Origin: an uncultured Alicyclobacillaceae bacterium
GTDB lineage: Bacteria > Bacillota > Bacilli > Alicyclobacillales > Alicyclobacillaceae
DNA length: 64,000 nucleotides
Reading direction: 5' to 3'
NCBI GenBank assembly: GCA_963758235.1
Contig: CAVWUS010000012.1
Span: 2,533 to 66,532 of the forward strand
The position numbers and the translations under genes were made by a program. The notes beneath the pieces are model-generated. The model was not told the DNA's origin. It saw only the letters and a program-made list of their open reading frames with translations, and ran no database searches. This document shows, in pieces, positions 30,382-41,545 of the stretch. How positions within the stretch are numbered: the stretch's first letter is position 1; every line of letters begins with the position of its first letter.

Positions 30382-30436
30382 GATGCTCTCCTCCTCGCAG
30401 CGCGTCTGCGCCTCTCGTATGCTCTGTCTTGTTTGG

Positions 30437-33271
30437 TTACTTGCCTGCTGTCGTCATTACGCGTGTTGTCTTTTTCGTCATGACCGTTTCAAAGATGCGT
30501 GACTGTTCCTGCTGGTGGACATCTGCCATACCTTCAGCCGGACTTGAGCGCTCCGGACGACCAGCGTAGGACAGCGTGGCACCGTCGCCAAGCAGTTCAC
30601 GCAGCCTTGGTTCAATGTATGTCCAGGCACCCATATTCTTTGGCTCCTCCTGCATCCAGACGAAGTCAGTTGCTTTCGGATGGGCAGCCAGTACGGCACG
30701 AATGGCCTCAGTCGGGAATGGATACAGCTGTTCAATACGAATGACTCCGAGCCAATCCAAATCGTCGCTGGAACTTTCCTGTGCAGCAGCGAAGTCGACC
30801 GCCACTTTGCCACTGCAAAAGACGATTCTCTCGACTTGTTTTGGTTTCGCCGAACGAACCAAGACCGGTTCAAACCGCCCACTTGCGAGTTCATCAATCG
30901 AGGATGCAGCGCGTGGATTGCGCAGCAAGCTCTTCGGCGACATGAGAACCAACGGCCGCGGCGAACCCTTCAGGCTCTTGGCCTGGCGGCGCAGAAGGTG
31001 AAAATACTGAGCTGCGGTCGTCACATTCGCCACAATCCAGTTGTTGTCGGCGGACATCTGTAGATAGCGTTCCAAACGGGCACTGGAGTGTTCCGGCCCC
31101 TGCCCTTCATAGCCGTGCGGCAGCAGCATCACCAGGCCGGACAGTTGGCACCACTTGGCGAGACCCGAAGAAATAAACTGGTCGAACAACACCTGTCCAG
31201 CATTGGCGAAGTCGCCAAACTGCGCTTCCCAGAGAACCAATGTCTCCTGCGAATGGACGTTGTAACCGTACTCGAAGCCAATCACAGCCCCCTCTGACAG
31301 GGGTGAATTATGAATTGCAAAGCTTGCTTTGGCTTGCGGCAGCGCGTGCAGCGGTACAAATTCCTCGCCGTTATTGGCATCATGCAGGACGAGGTGTCGA
31401 TGTCCAAAAGTACCGCGTTCAGAATCCTGGCCAGTGAGACGAATCGGTGTGCCGTCGGCGAGAATGGATCCGAACGCGAGTGCTTCCGCAAGGGCGCAGT
31501 CGATGTCCTTGCCACCGTCGAGTGCAGTTGCACGACGGCTGAGGATCCGGTTCAGTTTTGGAAAGACCTGAAAACCTTCAGGATACTGCAGCAGTGCCGA
31601 GTTTATCTGCTTCAGTTCTTCAGCTGGGACACTCGTGTCGTTCACGGCAGCGTCGTCCGTGCTCTCGACCTCTGGCGCTGTTGGCTTTAGGCCAAGTTCT
31701 GCAACTTCCTGATAGGCAGACTTTAATGTATCTTCGATGTGCGCCTGCATTGAAGCAGCTTCTTGCTCTGTAAGTACGCCTTCGGCCAACAGCTGCTGTT
31801 GATAGCGCGTCATCACCGTTGGATGATCCTTGATCTTCGCATACAGCACCGGCTGCGTCATCTGCGGTTCATCCATCTCGTTATGTCCCCAGCGGCGGTA
31901 ACCGATGAGATCAATCATAAAGTCTTTGCCGAACGTCTGCCGATACAGGGTAGCAAGTTCAATAGCGGCGATACACGCATCCGGATCGTCCGCCGATACG
32001 TGTACGACCGGGATCTCGAATCCCTTGGCGAGATCGCTCGCGTACCGCGTTGAACGCCCCTCATCCGACTCGACCGTAAAGCCCAGGCGGTTGTTCGCGA
32101 TGATGTGAATGGTGCCGCCCGTCTGGTAACCGCGCAGTCGCGACATGTTGAGCGTTTCCGCGACAATGCCCTCACCGATGAAAGCCGCGTCACCGTGAAT
32201 CTGGACAGCAACCGCCTTCTTCACATCGAGTTTCGGATAGCCTGCCGCCGAACGCTCTTCCTGAGCGGCGCGGGCAAATCCTTCGATGACCGGATCGACA
32301 AACTCAAGATGACTCGGATTGTTGGCCAGAACCAGTTTGACGCTGGCGGGCAGGTCATCCATTGTGCGGCTGGCACCCAAGTGGTACTTGACGTCTCCCG
32401 TCCAGCCGTAGTTGATGCCCATCGAACCTTCCGAAGGGACGAGTTCTTTGTTTGGTGAGCTGTGGAATTCAGAAAAGATCTTTGCATACGGTTTACCGAG
32501 GTTGTGCGCAAGTACGTTTAAACGCCCGCGGTGTGCCATGCCAATCATGACAGCTTCTGCCCCGGCGCGAGCGGACTCTTCAATCAATCTATCGAGCATA
32601 GGGACCAGCATGTCTACGCCTTCGATAGAAAAACGTTTTTGTCCCACAAACTGTCGATGGAGAAAACGTTCGAACAGCTCAACTTGCATCAATCGTTCAA
32701 GGGTATTTCGTTTTTGCTCTGAAGTTCTGGGACGCCATGCCTTCCCTGTTTCTACTTGTTCATCCAGCCAGGCTCTTTCTTTGAGATCGGTAACCTGGGA
32801 GAATTCAAATGCGAGCGATCCGGTGTAAACGCGCATCAGCTGCTGATACGCAGCCAGGGCGTTGGTGATGCCGGTCGGTGCATACTTCCATACCACGCTC
32901 GCTGGCAGCTGCTGCAAATCAGCTTCTGTCAGTCCATACTGGCGTGGCTGCAGTACGTCTACCGGCGCTACTGAATCTTGCAGCGGATCGATATGCGCCT
33001 GCAGATGACCATACGTCCGAACGTTTTCGATGAGTTGCATCGCTCCGACGACCTTGCTGATGTTGGCCTCGGAAACAGAAGCAGCGGCAGCTCCGCCAGA
33101 AGACTCGAGTGTGGCCGGTGGTGCGCCGTACGTCTCAAAGACTTGTCGGGTTGAAGGATCCACAGCGTTCGGATCGGCAAGAAACGCCTCATAGAGTTCG
33201 TTGACGTATCCGAGGTTGGGTCCTGCAAAGGCCTGCCAAGAAAAGCTTGCGTGGGTGTTCTGGTCTCTCAT
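30437..33271 (-). CDS. sucA: 2-oxoglutarate dehydrogenase E1 component
   Basis: 944-aa intact ORF with typical OdhA/SucA sequence (…HRGRLNVL…, …GHNEMDEP…). Confidence 0.95.
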   Translation of the reverse strand: MRDQNTHASFSWQAFAGPNLGYVNELYEAFLADPNAVDPSTRQVFETYGAPPATLESSGGAAAASVSEANISKVVGAMQLIENVRTYGHLQAHIDPLQDSVAPVDVLQPRQYGLTEADLQQLPASVVWKYAPTGITNALAAYQQLMRVYTGSLAFEFSQVTDLKERAWLDEQVETGKAWRPRTSEQKRNTLERLMQVELFERFLHRQFVGQKRFSIEGVDMLVPMLDRLIEESARAGAEAVMIGMAHRGRLNVLAHNLGKPYAKIFSEFHSSPNKELVPSEGSMGINYGWTGDVKYHLGASRTMDDLPASVKLVLANNPSHLEFVDPVIEGFARAAQEERSAAGYPKLDVKKAVAVQIHGDAAFIGEGIVAETLNMSRLRGYQTGGTIHIIANNRLGFTVESDEGRSTRYASDLAKGFEIPVVHVSADDPDACIAAIELATLYRQTFGKDFMIDLIGYRRWGHNEMDEPQMTQPVLYAKIKDHPTVMTRYQQQLLAEGVLTEQEAASMQAHIEDTLKSAYQEVAELGLKPTAPEVESTDDAAVNDTSVPAEELKQINSALLQYPEGFQVFPKLNRILSRRATALDGGKDIDCALAEALAFGSILADGTPIRLTGQDSERGTFGHRHLVLHDANNGEEFVPLHALPQAKASFAIHNSPLSEGAVIGFEYGYNVHSQETLVLWEAQFGDFANAGQVLFDQFISSGLAKWCQLSGLVMLLPHGYEGQGPEHSSARLERYLQMSADNNWIVANVTTAAQYFHLLRRQAKSLKGSPRPLVLMSPKSLLRNPRAASSIDELASGRFEPVLVRSAKPKQVERIVFCSGKVAVDFAAAQESSSDDLDWLGVIRIEQLYPFPTEAIRAVLAAHPKATDFVWMQEEPKNMGAWTYIEPRLRELLGDGATLSYAGRPERSSPAEGMADVHQQEQSRIFETVMTKKTTRVMTTAGK

Positions 33272-33570
33272 CTTGGTCCAGCTCCTTGTCTGTTCGCGCT
33301 TGCGCGCATGGGCATTGCTATGTTCTTTCTACTCATCATAACGGATATAATTTCTAACGGTAAACCCGTTAAAGCGATTTCACCATTCTGCCACGATTCC
33401 GTTACGATGCGAGACTACGCAGTTCTAGATTATACGCCTCTTGGCCGTTACCCGGCAAATCCAAAAATGACGCTGCGTCATTTTCTTCTGTCAAAGAACC
33501 CTCCTCCGGTGTAAATCATACGATCTTTCAGCCCCTACCGGTCGCACTCCGCTCTATTGGAGGTTCAGCC

Positions 33571-34541
33571 ATGACAGATACACCCGTTATTGGGTTGGTG
33601 CTCAGTGGTGGCAGCCTGAAAGCAGCTGCGCATATCGGCGCGATTCATGCGCTTCATTCACTCGGGATTACACCGAACATGGTTGCAGGCACCAGTGCAG
33701 GCGCGCTGGTGGCAGCATTGTACGCACACGGTTATACGTTTGAAGAGCTGTCGGCATTGGTCGCCGACTTTCCTGGTCAGAAGCTGTTGGATTATGGTTT
33801 CCCGCTCAGTATGTACATGCGCCACCGGCTTGCTCGCTATGTTCCCGCACGATGGCAGTCGAAGTGGCAGACGGATGACATCGCTGGTCTGTTCAAAGGA
33901 GAACGGCTTCGCCGCTACATCAGTGGATTGTTAACAAACCGAAGGCCAGTGATGCCGTTCTACGTCGTCAGTACCGATTTGCTCTCCGGGAACCCAGTTG
34001 TCTTTTCAAACAACGAGCGAAGCATCAAGGCTTTACAGGCATATCCGATTACGGACTTGGCGCGGAGCGTCCTGGCAAGCTGTGCGCTTCCTGGCATTTT
34101 TCAGCCAGTCCGGCTTGGTTCCTGGCTCTTGGTCGACGGCGCGATCCGCCACTATGCCCCTGTTCATGTTTTGCGCCAGGCAGGGTGTCAGCACATTATT
34201 GTGATTAATCTGCATGTACTGAAAGAGGACTGGCGACCGGATCATATTGTCGACGTACTGACACGTTCATTTGAAGTCATGCTGCGCGAGACCATTGAGG
34301 ATGACACGATGGGGCCGGATTAACCCTGATTGAACCGACGGTCTCTCATATCAAATGGACGTCCTTCGATGAGCTCGCTGGCTGTATTGACGCAGGTTTC
34401 GCCGCTGTCTGCGATGCAGGCATTCAACCGAAGATCGGCCTGAAGGTGCATTCAAGTGACCTACGCAAGAATGCGCCGCAAGCGAGAAGGGATCAGCCCA
34501 GCCTGCCAATCATCCGCTGGAACGTGCAGAAAACTACATAA
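33571..34541 (+). pseudogene. patatin-like phospholipase, one frame break near the C-terminus
   Basis: GLVLSGGSLKAAAHIG and GTSAGAL motifs are in ORF 33571-34323. Family-like sequence (LIEPTVSHIKWTSFDELAGCIDAGFAA...) continues in another frame to the TAA at 34539-34541. The break is at about 34312-34322. Confidence 0.7.
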
Positions 34542-34563
34542 AAAAGCCCCCATTTCGGGGCCG
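34541..34563 (-). terminator. Rho-independent terminator after ndk
   Basis: GCCCC-catttc-GGGGC stem. The minus strand reads the stem followed by UUUUU. Confidence 0.6.
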
Positions 34564-34570
34564 TTATGCG

Positions 34571-35020
34571 TTACGCCAGCCAAGCATCCACGCTGCGTTC
34601 GTAAGCCACAGTGCCTTCGGGGAACCACAGGCCGATTTCACGGGCTGCACTCTCCGGGGAATCTGAGCCGTGTACGATATTCATGCCAATGGTCAGTGCG
34701 AGATCGCCGCGGATGGTGCCAGGGGCTGCTTCCGCCGGGTTGGTCTTGCCCATCATGCCGCGTGCGGTCGCAATTGCATTTTCACCTTCCCAAACCATTG
34801 CAAAGACAGGTGAAGAGGTGATGAACTTGACCAGGTCACCGAAAAACGGGCGTTCTTTATGCTCTGCATAGTGCTGTTCAGCGAGTTGTGTGCTAACCTG
34901 CATCAGCTTCGCACCGACAAGCTTCATCCCTCTGTTTTCAAAGCGGGAAACAATGTCACCAACGACACCGCGCTGGACACCGTCCGGTTTTACCATAATA
35001 AACGTCTTCTCTACAGCCAT
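34571..35020 (-). CDS. ndk: nucleoside diphosphate kinase
   Basis: 149 aa, [18 protein letters not shown]...NIVHGSDS. Confidence 0.95.
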   Translation of the reverse strand: MAVEKTFIMVKPDGVQRGVVGDIVSRFENRGMKLVGAKLMQVSTQLAEQHYAEHKERPFFGDLVKFITSSPVFAMVWEGENAIATARGMMGKTNPAEAAPGTIRGDLALTIGMNIVHGSDSPESAAREIGLWFPEGTVAYERSVDAWLA

Positions 35021-35124
35021 TCATTTCCACTCCCTCGACTATGGCGCCAAGCCTCAATACATTAACGGATGTAATCTTACGGGAATTCTGGCGTAAATTC
35101 AATCAAACACATGTGACCGCTTTG

Positions 35125-36091
35125 TCAGTACGCACGCTGATTGACGAATGCCGCTACGGCCTGCAGCTCTGCATGGCGTTCTGGATTCGGAATGTACGCC
35201 AATTGTTCGAGCGCCTTGGTCAAGAAACGATCTGCAATACGTCTGGCCATCTCGATCCCGTCGGAGTTGCGCACCATCTGAACGGCTTCCTGCTGCTCGT
35301 CAGCGGTCGCGGACGAGCGAACCAGTTCCTCCAGCTTTTGTCCACGCTCCGTGCTGTGTACAAACAGCGCCGGAAGCGTCAGATTGCCCTGCAACAGGTC
35401 TCCTGCGACTGGTTTGCCAACGGCAGCAGCATCGCCTTCAAAATCCAGCAGATCATCGATGATTTGAAACGCCATTCCAGTGTAGTAGCCGAATCGCCGC
35501 AGGCGTTCTGACACTCCAGCCGGAGCGCCTCCTGCCAAGGCACCAAGTTCACACGAGAGGGCAATGAGGACAGCCGTTTTGCGTTCGATCCGCCGCAAGT
35601 ACGTGCGAATGCTCTGATTCCAGTTATAAAAGTCACGGATCTGTTCAATCTCACCCTCACAGATGCGCACAATCGCCGCTGACATCTTTTGATGGAAGAC
35701 TGGTTCCTCAAGTTCACTCAATAGATAAATGGCACGCGCAAACAGGAAATCGCCGGTATACATGGCTGCCCTGTCGCTGTATTGGCTGCGGACCAGTAGG
35801 ACGGCCCCTGCGCAGATCGGCATCATCGATGACATCATCATGGACCAATGTAGCCATATGGACGAGTTCGAGCGCCGCCGCCACTGTATGTACGCGATCG
35901 GGTGAAGCTTTCCCGAACTGACTGCACAGCACCGCAAAGAGTGGACGAATTCGCTTGCCGCCCGCAGTGATCAACTGTGTAGACGCCGCCTGCAGATCGC
36001 GATTCTGCGACTGTACAGTACGCACCAGCTTACGTTCAATTACGGCTAAATCTGACTTGTACTTTTCGTAGACAGCCATCCAATCATTCAA
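35125..36091 (-). pseudogene. hepT: heptaprenyl diphosphate synthase component II (polyprenyl synthase), one frame break
   Basis: The first DDxxD (LVHDDVIDDADLRRGRPT) is in ORF 35714-36091. The rest (VRSQYSDRAAMYTGDFL...QIIDDLLDF) is in ORF 35125-35937. There is an apparent 1-nt insertion at about 35795. Confidence 0.85.
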
Positions 36092-36811
36092 CTAGGATTC
36101 CACCTTCTGCCCAATGTGCAACGCAGCAATTCCACCGGTCAAAGGATAACTCTGCACATTGACAAGGCCTGTTTCGCGAAACATTTCCTCAAGCTTCAAT
36201 CGCTCCGGAAAGTCGGTCAGCGATTCCGGCAGCCACGCATACGGTGCTTTCCGGCCTACCGCAAGCGCACCGATTTTCGGCAGAATGCGATAGAAGTAGA
36301 AGTAGTACAGACGCCTGAAGATGGGCGATTCTGGTTTCGACAGTTCAAGTGAGACGACCCACCCTCCGGGTCGCACAACGCGTTTCATCTCCGACAAAAC
36401 TTGGACGATGTCCGCTACGTTGCGCAGTGCGAAGCCAATCGTCGCCACATCGAAGGCGTTATCCTGAAACGGCAGTGCCATGGCATCGCCGCGTACCAAA
36501 TCGATTGTTTGCCTGAGATCGAGCTTGTCCACTTTTTGTGCTGCGACATCAAGCATTTCCTGTGTAAAATCGAGACCAGTGACATGGCCACTTGGTCCTA
36601 CCGACTTGGCTAGAGCCAATGTCCAGTCGCCGGTACCACAGGCCACGTCAAGCGCCTTGGCACCACGATGAATCGCTAATTTTCGCATCGTAAACCGGCG
36701 CCACAGCTTGTGTTGATAGAAGCTCAACACAGAGTTCATGACGTCATACCGCTTCGCAATTTGAGCGAAGACATCATGAACAAACACCGATTTATCCTTG
36801 TCTGCTACCAT
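36092..36811 (-). CDS. menG: demethylmenaquinone methyltransferase (UbiE/MenG/MenH)
   Basis: 239 aa with the SAM motif ALDVACGTGDW and conserved position between hepS and hepT. Confidence 0.9.
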   Translation of the reverse strand: MVADKDKSVFVHDVFAQIAKRYDVMNSVLSFYQHKLWRRFTMRKLAIHRGAKALDVACGTGDWTLALAKSVGPSGHVTGLDFTQEMLDVAAQKVDKLDLRQTIDLVRGDAMALPFQDNAFDVATIGFALRNVADIVQVLSEMKRVVRPGGWVVSLELSKPESPIFRRLYYFYFYRILPKIGALAVGRKAPYAWLPESLTDFPERLKLEEMFRETGLVNVQSYPLTGGIAALHIGQKVES

Positions 36812-37584
36812 GTATGGTTCCCCTCGGTGAGAGACTGCGTCTCCAGGTTCTTCTGAGCTGACAGTAGATAATCCAAAAGAAACAGCGCGATTGGCTGCAA
36901 TACTGTATGCGGCTCCAGTTTGACCAGTCGATCGATGGCGTCGGTCAACCGCTCCGTCACCTGACGCCAGTTAAAATGGACGGGCTGGCGTTTCAACAGG
37001 CTGCGTCGTGTGAGTTCAGCTCGAACCAGCGCCTGTATTTGTTCATGCCACTCGGGCTCGTCGGCAAAATAGTGCTCTGCCAAAGCGTACAGCAGCGCAC
37101 CAATGATGGTTTCATTCAAAGCGGTATCGCCATCGGATTTCAGTTCCGCTCCCGAAATGAGCGCCATCTTCGCTTCATTGATGTCTGCTACAGCGATACA
37201 TAGTACACGGAGCAGTTGCACGTTCGGAATCGCAGCTAAAATCTGATAGTAGTGCCCGCTGGAGAGGTCCCCTGCCAAGACCGTCAACTGTTTGGTTTGG
37301 CCGTCAAGCATGTCGATTGAATCGTGAATCGCCAGCCCCTGCTGCAACAGCAACACTGCGGCGAGAATCTGTTCCGCGTCCTTGGGTGGCACATTTGCAG
37401 CACGCAACAGAGCCATCGACACGTCGAAATGGAACCGACTGATGTTCGGTTCCACGCCATGCTTTTTCAGAAACGGATGGTTCCTGCTCTGTTTCAGCTG
37501 TTCCGAGAATGTGTCGTACTGCAGATTGTTGATACCAGCCACCACTCGTCTGTCATCCTCCTGTAACTCGGGCCGGCATTGCAC
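36805..37584 (-). CDS. hepS: heptaprenyl diphosphate synthase component I
   Basis: 259-aa ORF at the hepS position of the conserved hepS-menH-hepT operon. The start codon is uncertain. Confidence 0.7.
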   Translation of the reverse strand: MQCRPELQEDDRRVVAGINNLQYDTFSEQLKQSRNHPFLKKHGVEPNISRFHFDVSMALLRAANVPPKDAEQILAAVLLLQQGLAIHDSIDMLDGQTKQLTVLAGDLSSGHYYQILAAIPNVQLLRVLCIAVADINEAKMALISGAELKSDGDTALNETIIGALLYALAEHYFADEPEWHEQIQALVRAELTRRSLLKRQPVHFNWRQVTERLTDAIDRLVKLEPHTVLQPIALFLLDYLLSAQKNLETQSLTEGNHTW

Positions 37585-37666
37585 CTGTATGCAGATGTAA
37601 TGAACCGGTGCATTCAGTATACCACAGGGATCTTTGCCCTATGAACGCCGTGGAACCGAAGGCAGA

Positions 37667-37894
37667 CTAGTCTTCCGACTGGATAATGCCATGTTTCGTA
37701 TAGACGGTCACTTTGCCGCGAATCTTCATAGCGGATGTATGTTCGGTGAACTGTGCAATCATCAGTTCTCCTTTATCCAACTTTTCCGCATGATGAAATT
37801 TTGTCTCCGCCCCGCGCGTCAAGCCAATCACCTGGACGCCATTTTCTTTTGCGTGAATGACAAAGTACTCCCCCACTACTGGCGAATCACTCAT
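37667..37894 (-). CDS. mtrB: trp RNA-binding attenuation protein (TRAP)
   Basis: 75 aa from [61 protein letters not shown]..., very close to B. subtilis MtrB (…[40 protein letters not shown]…). Confidence 0.9.
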   Translation of the reverse strand: MSDSPVVGEYFVIHAKENGVQVIGLTRGAETKFHHAEKLDKGELMIAQFTEHTSAMKIRGKVTVYTKHGIIQSED

Positions 37895-37964
37895 GGATAA
37901 GCCTCCCCATGTCAGAGCCGTCAATCCTCTTCTAAGTTACCGTCTGGATTTGGACATGCCATAA

Positions 37965-37994
37965 AGGAAAAACCAGCGTAGTTCACGCTGGTTT
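37965..37994 (-). terminator. Rho-independent terminator after tRNA-Pro
   Basis: AACCAGCG-tagttca-CGCTGGTT. The minus strand reads the stem followed by a U-run. Confidence 0.65.
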
Positions 37995-37996
37995 GC

Positions 37997-38073
37997 TGGT
38001 CGGAATGCCGGGATTCGAACCCGGGACCTCTACCTCCCCAAGGTAGCGCGCTACCAGGCTGCGCCACATCCCG
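37997..38073 (-). tRNA. tRNA-Pro (anticodon GGG)
   Basis: The reverse complement gives CGGGATG acceptor, anticodon stem CTACC/GGTAG with loop TTGGGGA, T-arm CCGGG-TTCGAAT-CCCGG, CATTCCG-A-CCA. Confidence 0.9.
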
Positions 38074-38190
38074 ATGTTCCTCCATTGCGCAGTAGCCATT
38101 ATAACTGATTAAGATAGGCTCCGCAATCTCTACTTCTTGTAAAAACGGGCGAAGCCGACGCCCAAGCGGACGTCAGCTTCACCAGAGTGG

Positions 38191-39669
38191 TCAGAGTATG
38201 ATTGCAATCAATCCGCCACTGCCTTCATTGATGATGCGTTGAAGTGTCTCTTTCAGCTTGAACTGTGCGTTCTCGGGCATCATCGACAGCTTGCCTGAGA
38301 TGCCTTCTTTCACGATTGCAGCGAGCGACTTGCCGAAAATGTCGCTCTGCCAAATCTTGAGCGGATCCTTTTCGAAATCCTGCATAAGATACCGCACAAG
38401 TTCCTCGGACTGGCGTTCCGTACCGACAATCGGTGCGAACTCCGACTCTACGTCAACGCGAATCATATGAATGGAAGGTGCGGTCGCCTTCAGCCGTACG
38501 CCGAACCGGGATCCTTGTTTGATGAGCTCAGGTTCATCAAGCGACATTTCTTCCAGCGCTGGCGGCGCGATGCCGTAGCCGGTCAATTTGACCATCTTCA
38601 GCGCTTCTGCGACTTTGTCATATTCGCGCTTGGCATAGACGAAATCTTTCATCATGCGCAGCAGCTGATCACGGCCGGTAATCCGTTCACCGACAACCTC
38701 GGTCAGGACCTGATCGTACAGTTCATCAGGCGCTGACAATTCGATGACAGCGACACCCTGGCCCATATCCATGTGTGACAGCGCAGCGTACGAGATAAAG
38801 TCATAGTCTGAGAACTGGCTGACGACACGATCGATGTCGCGAATGCGTCGAATGTCCTGGATGGTCTCGCGTACCGAATCCTGGAATTGCTGACGGAGCC
38901 AGTGGTCATCGTCGAGCACCATCACCCAGTTGGGAAGGTTCACGTTGACTTCCTTCACCGGGAATTCATATAGCGCTTCGCGCAGTACGAGGTTGATCTC
39001 GTGCGTTGTGAGGGTCGCACAGGACAGCGCAATGACCGGTACATCGTATTTTGCTGCCAGCTCTTCGCGCAGATTCTGGGCAACGCGCTGTTCTGGCTGA
39101 GCTGAGTTGACAATGATGACGAATGGCTTGCCGAGTTCCTTCAGTTCTTCAACGACGCGTTCTTCTGCTTCAACGTAGGATTGGCGCGGAATTTCGGCAA
39201 CACTGCCATCGGTTGTCACGACTACGCCGAGTGTGGAATGATCGCTGATGACTTTGCGCGTTCCAATTTCAGCCGCTTCCTGGAATGGAATCGGATCGTC
39301 AAACCATGGCGTCGAAACCATGCGTGGCCCTGTTTCATCTTCGTAGCCGCGTGCCCCGTCAACTGCATACCCGACGCAGTCGACAACCCGGACATTCACA
39401 TCGAGTCCTTCCGCCACGGATACTTCGACGGACTGGTTCGGCACGAACTTTGGCTCTGTGGTCATAATGGTTCGGCCAGCTGCACTTTGCGGCAACTCGT
39501 CTGTTGCGCGCATCCGATCGGACTCATCCTTGATGTTCGGTACTACAATGAGTTCCATAAATTTTTTGATGAAAGTGGACTTTCCGGTGCGAACAGGGCC
39601 GACGACGCCGAGGTAGATGTCGCCCCCTGTTCGTTCCGCGATGTCTTTAAACACGTCGAACTTTTCCAC
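38191..39669 (-). CDS. spoIVA: stage IV sporulation protein A
   Basis: 492 aa from the GTG at 39669 (VEKFDVFKDIAERTGGDIYLGVVGPVRTGKSTFIKKFMEL...) after a GGGGGAGG SD. The track ORF is over-extended to 39957. Confidence 0.95.
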   Translation of the reverse strand: MEKFDVFKDIAERTGGDIYLGVVGPVRTGKSTFIKKFMELIVVPNIKDESDRMRATDELPQSAAGRTIMTTEPKFVPNQSVEVSVAEGLDVNVRVVDCVGYAVDGARGYEDETGPRMVSTPWFDDPIPFQEAAEIGTRKVISDHSTLGVVVTTDGSVAEIPRQSYVEAEERVVEELKELGKPFVIIVNSAQPEQRVAQNLREELAAKYDVPVIALSCATLTTHEINLVLREALYEFPVKEVNVNLPNWVMVLDDDHWLRQQFQDSVRETIQDIRRIRDIDRVVSQFSDYDFISYAALSHMDMGQGVAVIELSAPDELYDQVLTEVVGERITGRDQLLRMMKDFVYAKREYDKVAEALKMVKLTGYGIAPPALEEMSLDEPELIKQGSRFGVRLKATAPSIHMIRVDVESEFAPIVGTERQSEELVRYLMQDFEKDPLKIWQSDIFGKSLAAIVKEGISGKLSMMPENAQFKLKETLQRIINEGSGGLIAIIL

Positions 39670-40025
39670 GCTTTCCTCCCCCTCGCTTCGCAGGCCCGCA
39701 ATGCCGTACCCGAGCGATTCATGCTTTCGTCGCCCGACTCGGCAAGGCCGACCGGGCACCAGCCCATCGTATTCGCCGGCGCGATCAAAAGCCGCTGCCT
39801 TTGACCGGACGCTGTCCACTGAGACAAGGACAGTAGATATATATGCGCCGCCGCCTTTGCTATGCGTCGAGGTACGACGCACTCGACATTGACTATTTAT
39901 ATGTCCGAGCCGATTTACTAGAACATGGGTAAACAGAAAGAGGCTGCCCGCACACACGGCGTGTGGCGTGTGCAGACAGCCTCAGGTCAAATCATCGTCA
40001 GTTTGGGATCAATCTTCGCGAAATC

Positions 40026-40409
40026 TTATTCCGCAATAAATTTTTCGTAACCAGCGGCATCCAACAGTGTATCCACATCACTTGGGTTCGCCATCTCTAC
40101 GACGACCATCCAGCCCTTTTCGTACGGGCTTTCATTAACCAGTTCCGGACTATCAGCCAGATCAGAATTTACCTGCGTCACTTTGCCTGACACGGGTGCG
40201 AACAGGTCAGACACGGTCTTCACGGATTCAACCGTGCCAAACGTCTGGTTTGCTTCCAGTTCCGCGCCTGCTTCCGGCAGTTCAACAAATACGATATCTC
40301 CCAGCTCGTCCTGTGCGAAATCGGTAATGCCGATCCACGCCTGGTTGCCTTCTACGCGAACCCATTCATGCTCCTTGGAATACTTCAATTCTGCAGGGAC
40401 CTGGCTCAT
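40026..40409 (-). CDS. gcvH: glycine cleavage system protein H
   Basis: [21 protein letters not shown]...[10 protein letters not shown] contains the lipoyl-lysine motif. Confidence 0.9.
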   Translation of the reverse strand: MSQVPAELKYSKEHEWVRVEGNQAWIGITDFAQDELGDIVFVELPEAGAELEANQTFGTVESVKTVSDLFAPVSGKVTQVNSDLADSPELVNESPYEKGWMVVVEMANPSDVDTLLDAAGYEKFIAE

Positions 40410-40560
40410 CATCCAAACCTCCATCCAATCACTTCACGATTGCAAACATCACAGGTAGTGTATCAAAAGTAGGCGCCTTCGCACTAGTCCTAGACTTCCC
40501 ACGCTAATGTGAGGGAATTCTCAGCGACCTCTTCAATTTCATGGGCGCGTTCGCGCTGCA

Positions 40561-41526
40561 TCAGGCCCAAACCGCTACGTTCGGCGGCAGGCCGTCGAAC
40601 AGTACTCGGTAGAGGCTCTGTGCAATGGGCATGCTTGTATCGTACTGTGTCGCCAAGCGGACGGCGGCTCTTGTCGTATGTACCCCTTCGACCGCCATGC
40701 CAATCTGCACGAGGGCGTCTCTTAACGGGACACCGCGGCCTAACAGCTGCCCTGTCCGGAAATTACGGCTGTGCCGACTGGTACAGGTGACAATCAAATC
40801 TCCTATCCCTGACAGACCGGCGAATGTTAAGGGCGATGCACCCATTTTTACACCAAGTCGAGTAATTTCAGCGAGTCCGCGCGTCATCAATGCTGCACGC
40901 GCGTTGTCACCGATGCCAAGTCCATCGATGATGCCAACGGCAAGTGCGATGATGTTCTTCAGGGAACCACCAAGTTCCGTGCCGATGACGTCCGGATTGG
41001 TGTAGACGCGAAACGACGCATTCATGAACGCATCCTGGACAAACTCGGCCGTCGGTTTCGAGACCGATGCGGAAACAATGGTTGTCGGCTGTTTGGCCAC
41101 CACTTCCTCAGCATGGCTTGGTCCACTGATTACGCAAATTCTCGGTTTTGGCAGCGCAAGTTCCTCGTGCAGCACGTCGCTCATTCGCTTCAGCGTATCG
41201 GGATCAAACCCTTTGACTGCATGTGCCACGATGACATGCTCGGGCACCATGCCGCGAAGGTTTCGGACAAGCTCACGTACACTGACGGACGGCACTGCGA
41301 CCACAATCAGGTCTGCACCTGTGATTGCATCGGCGAGCGACGTCGTCGCACTTAATGACAGGGGCAGCGCTGCATCACCGAGATAACGCTGATTCCGATG
41401 TGCCTGATTGACGTCCGTGACGGTTGCTTCATTTCGTGACCATAGAACTGTTTCGTGGTGGTTGTCAGCCAATGTTGCAGCCAGCGCGGTACCCCAGCTG
41501 CCGGCTCCCAAAACCGCCGCTTTCAT
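40561..41526 (-). CDS. gpsA: NAD(P)H-dependent glycerol-3-phosphate dehydrogenase
   Basis: MKAAVLGAGSWGTALA start (41526) and the GSLKNIIA motif. The track ORF is over-extended. Confidence 0.9.
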   Translation of the reverse strand: MKAAVLGAGSWGTALAATLADNHHETVLWSRNEATVTDVNQAHRNQRYLGDAALPLSLSATTSLADAITGADLIVVAVPSVSVRELVRNLRGMVPEHVIVAHAVKGFDPDTLKRMSDVLHEELALPKPRICVISGPSHAEEVVAKQPTTIVSASVSKPTAEFVQDAFMNASFRVYTNPDVIGTELGGSLKNIIALAVGIIDGLGIGDNARAALMTRGLAEITRLGVKMGASPLTFAGLSGIGDLIVTCTSRHSRNFRTGQLLGRGVPLRDALVQIGMAVEGVHTTRAAVRLATQYDTSMPIAQSLYRVLFDGLPPNVAVWA

Positions 41527-41545
41527 TGGCAGTCCTCCCATTTCG

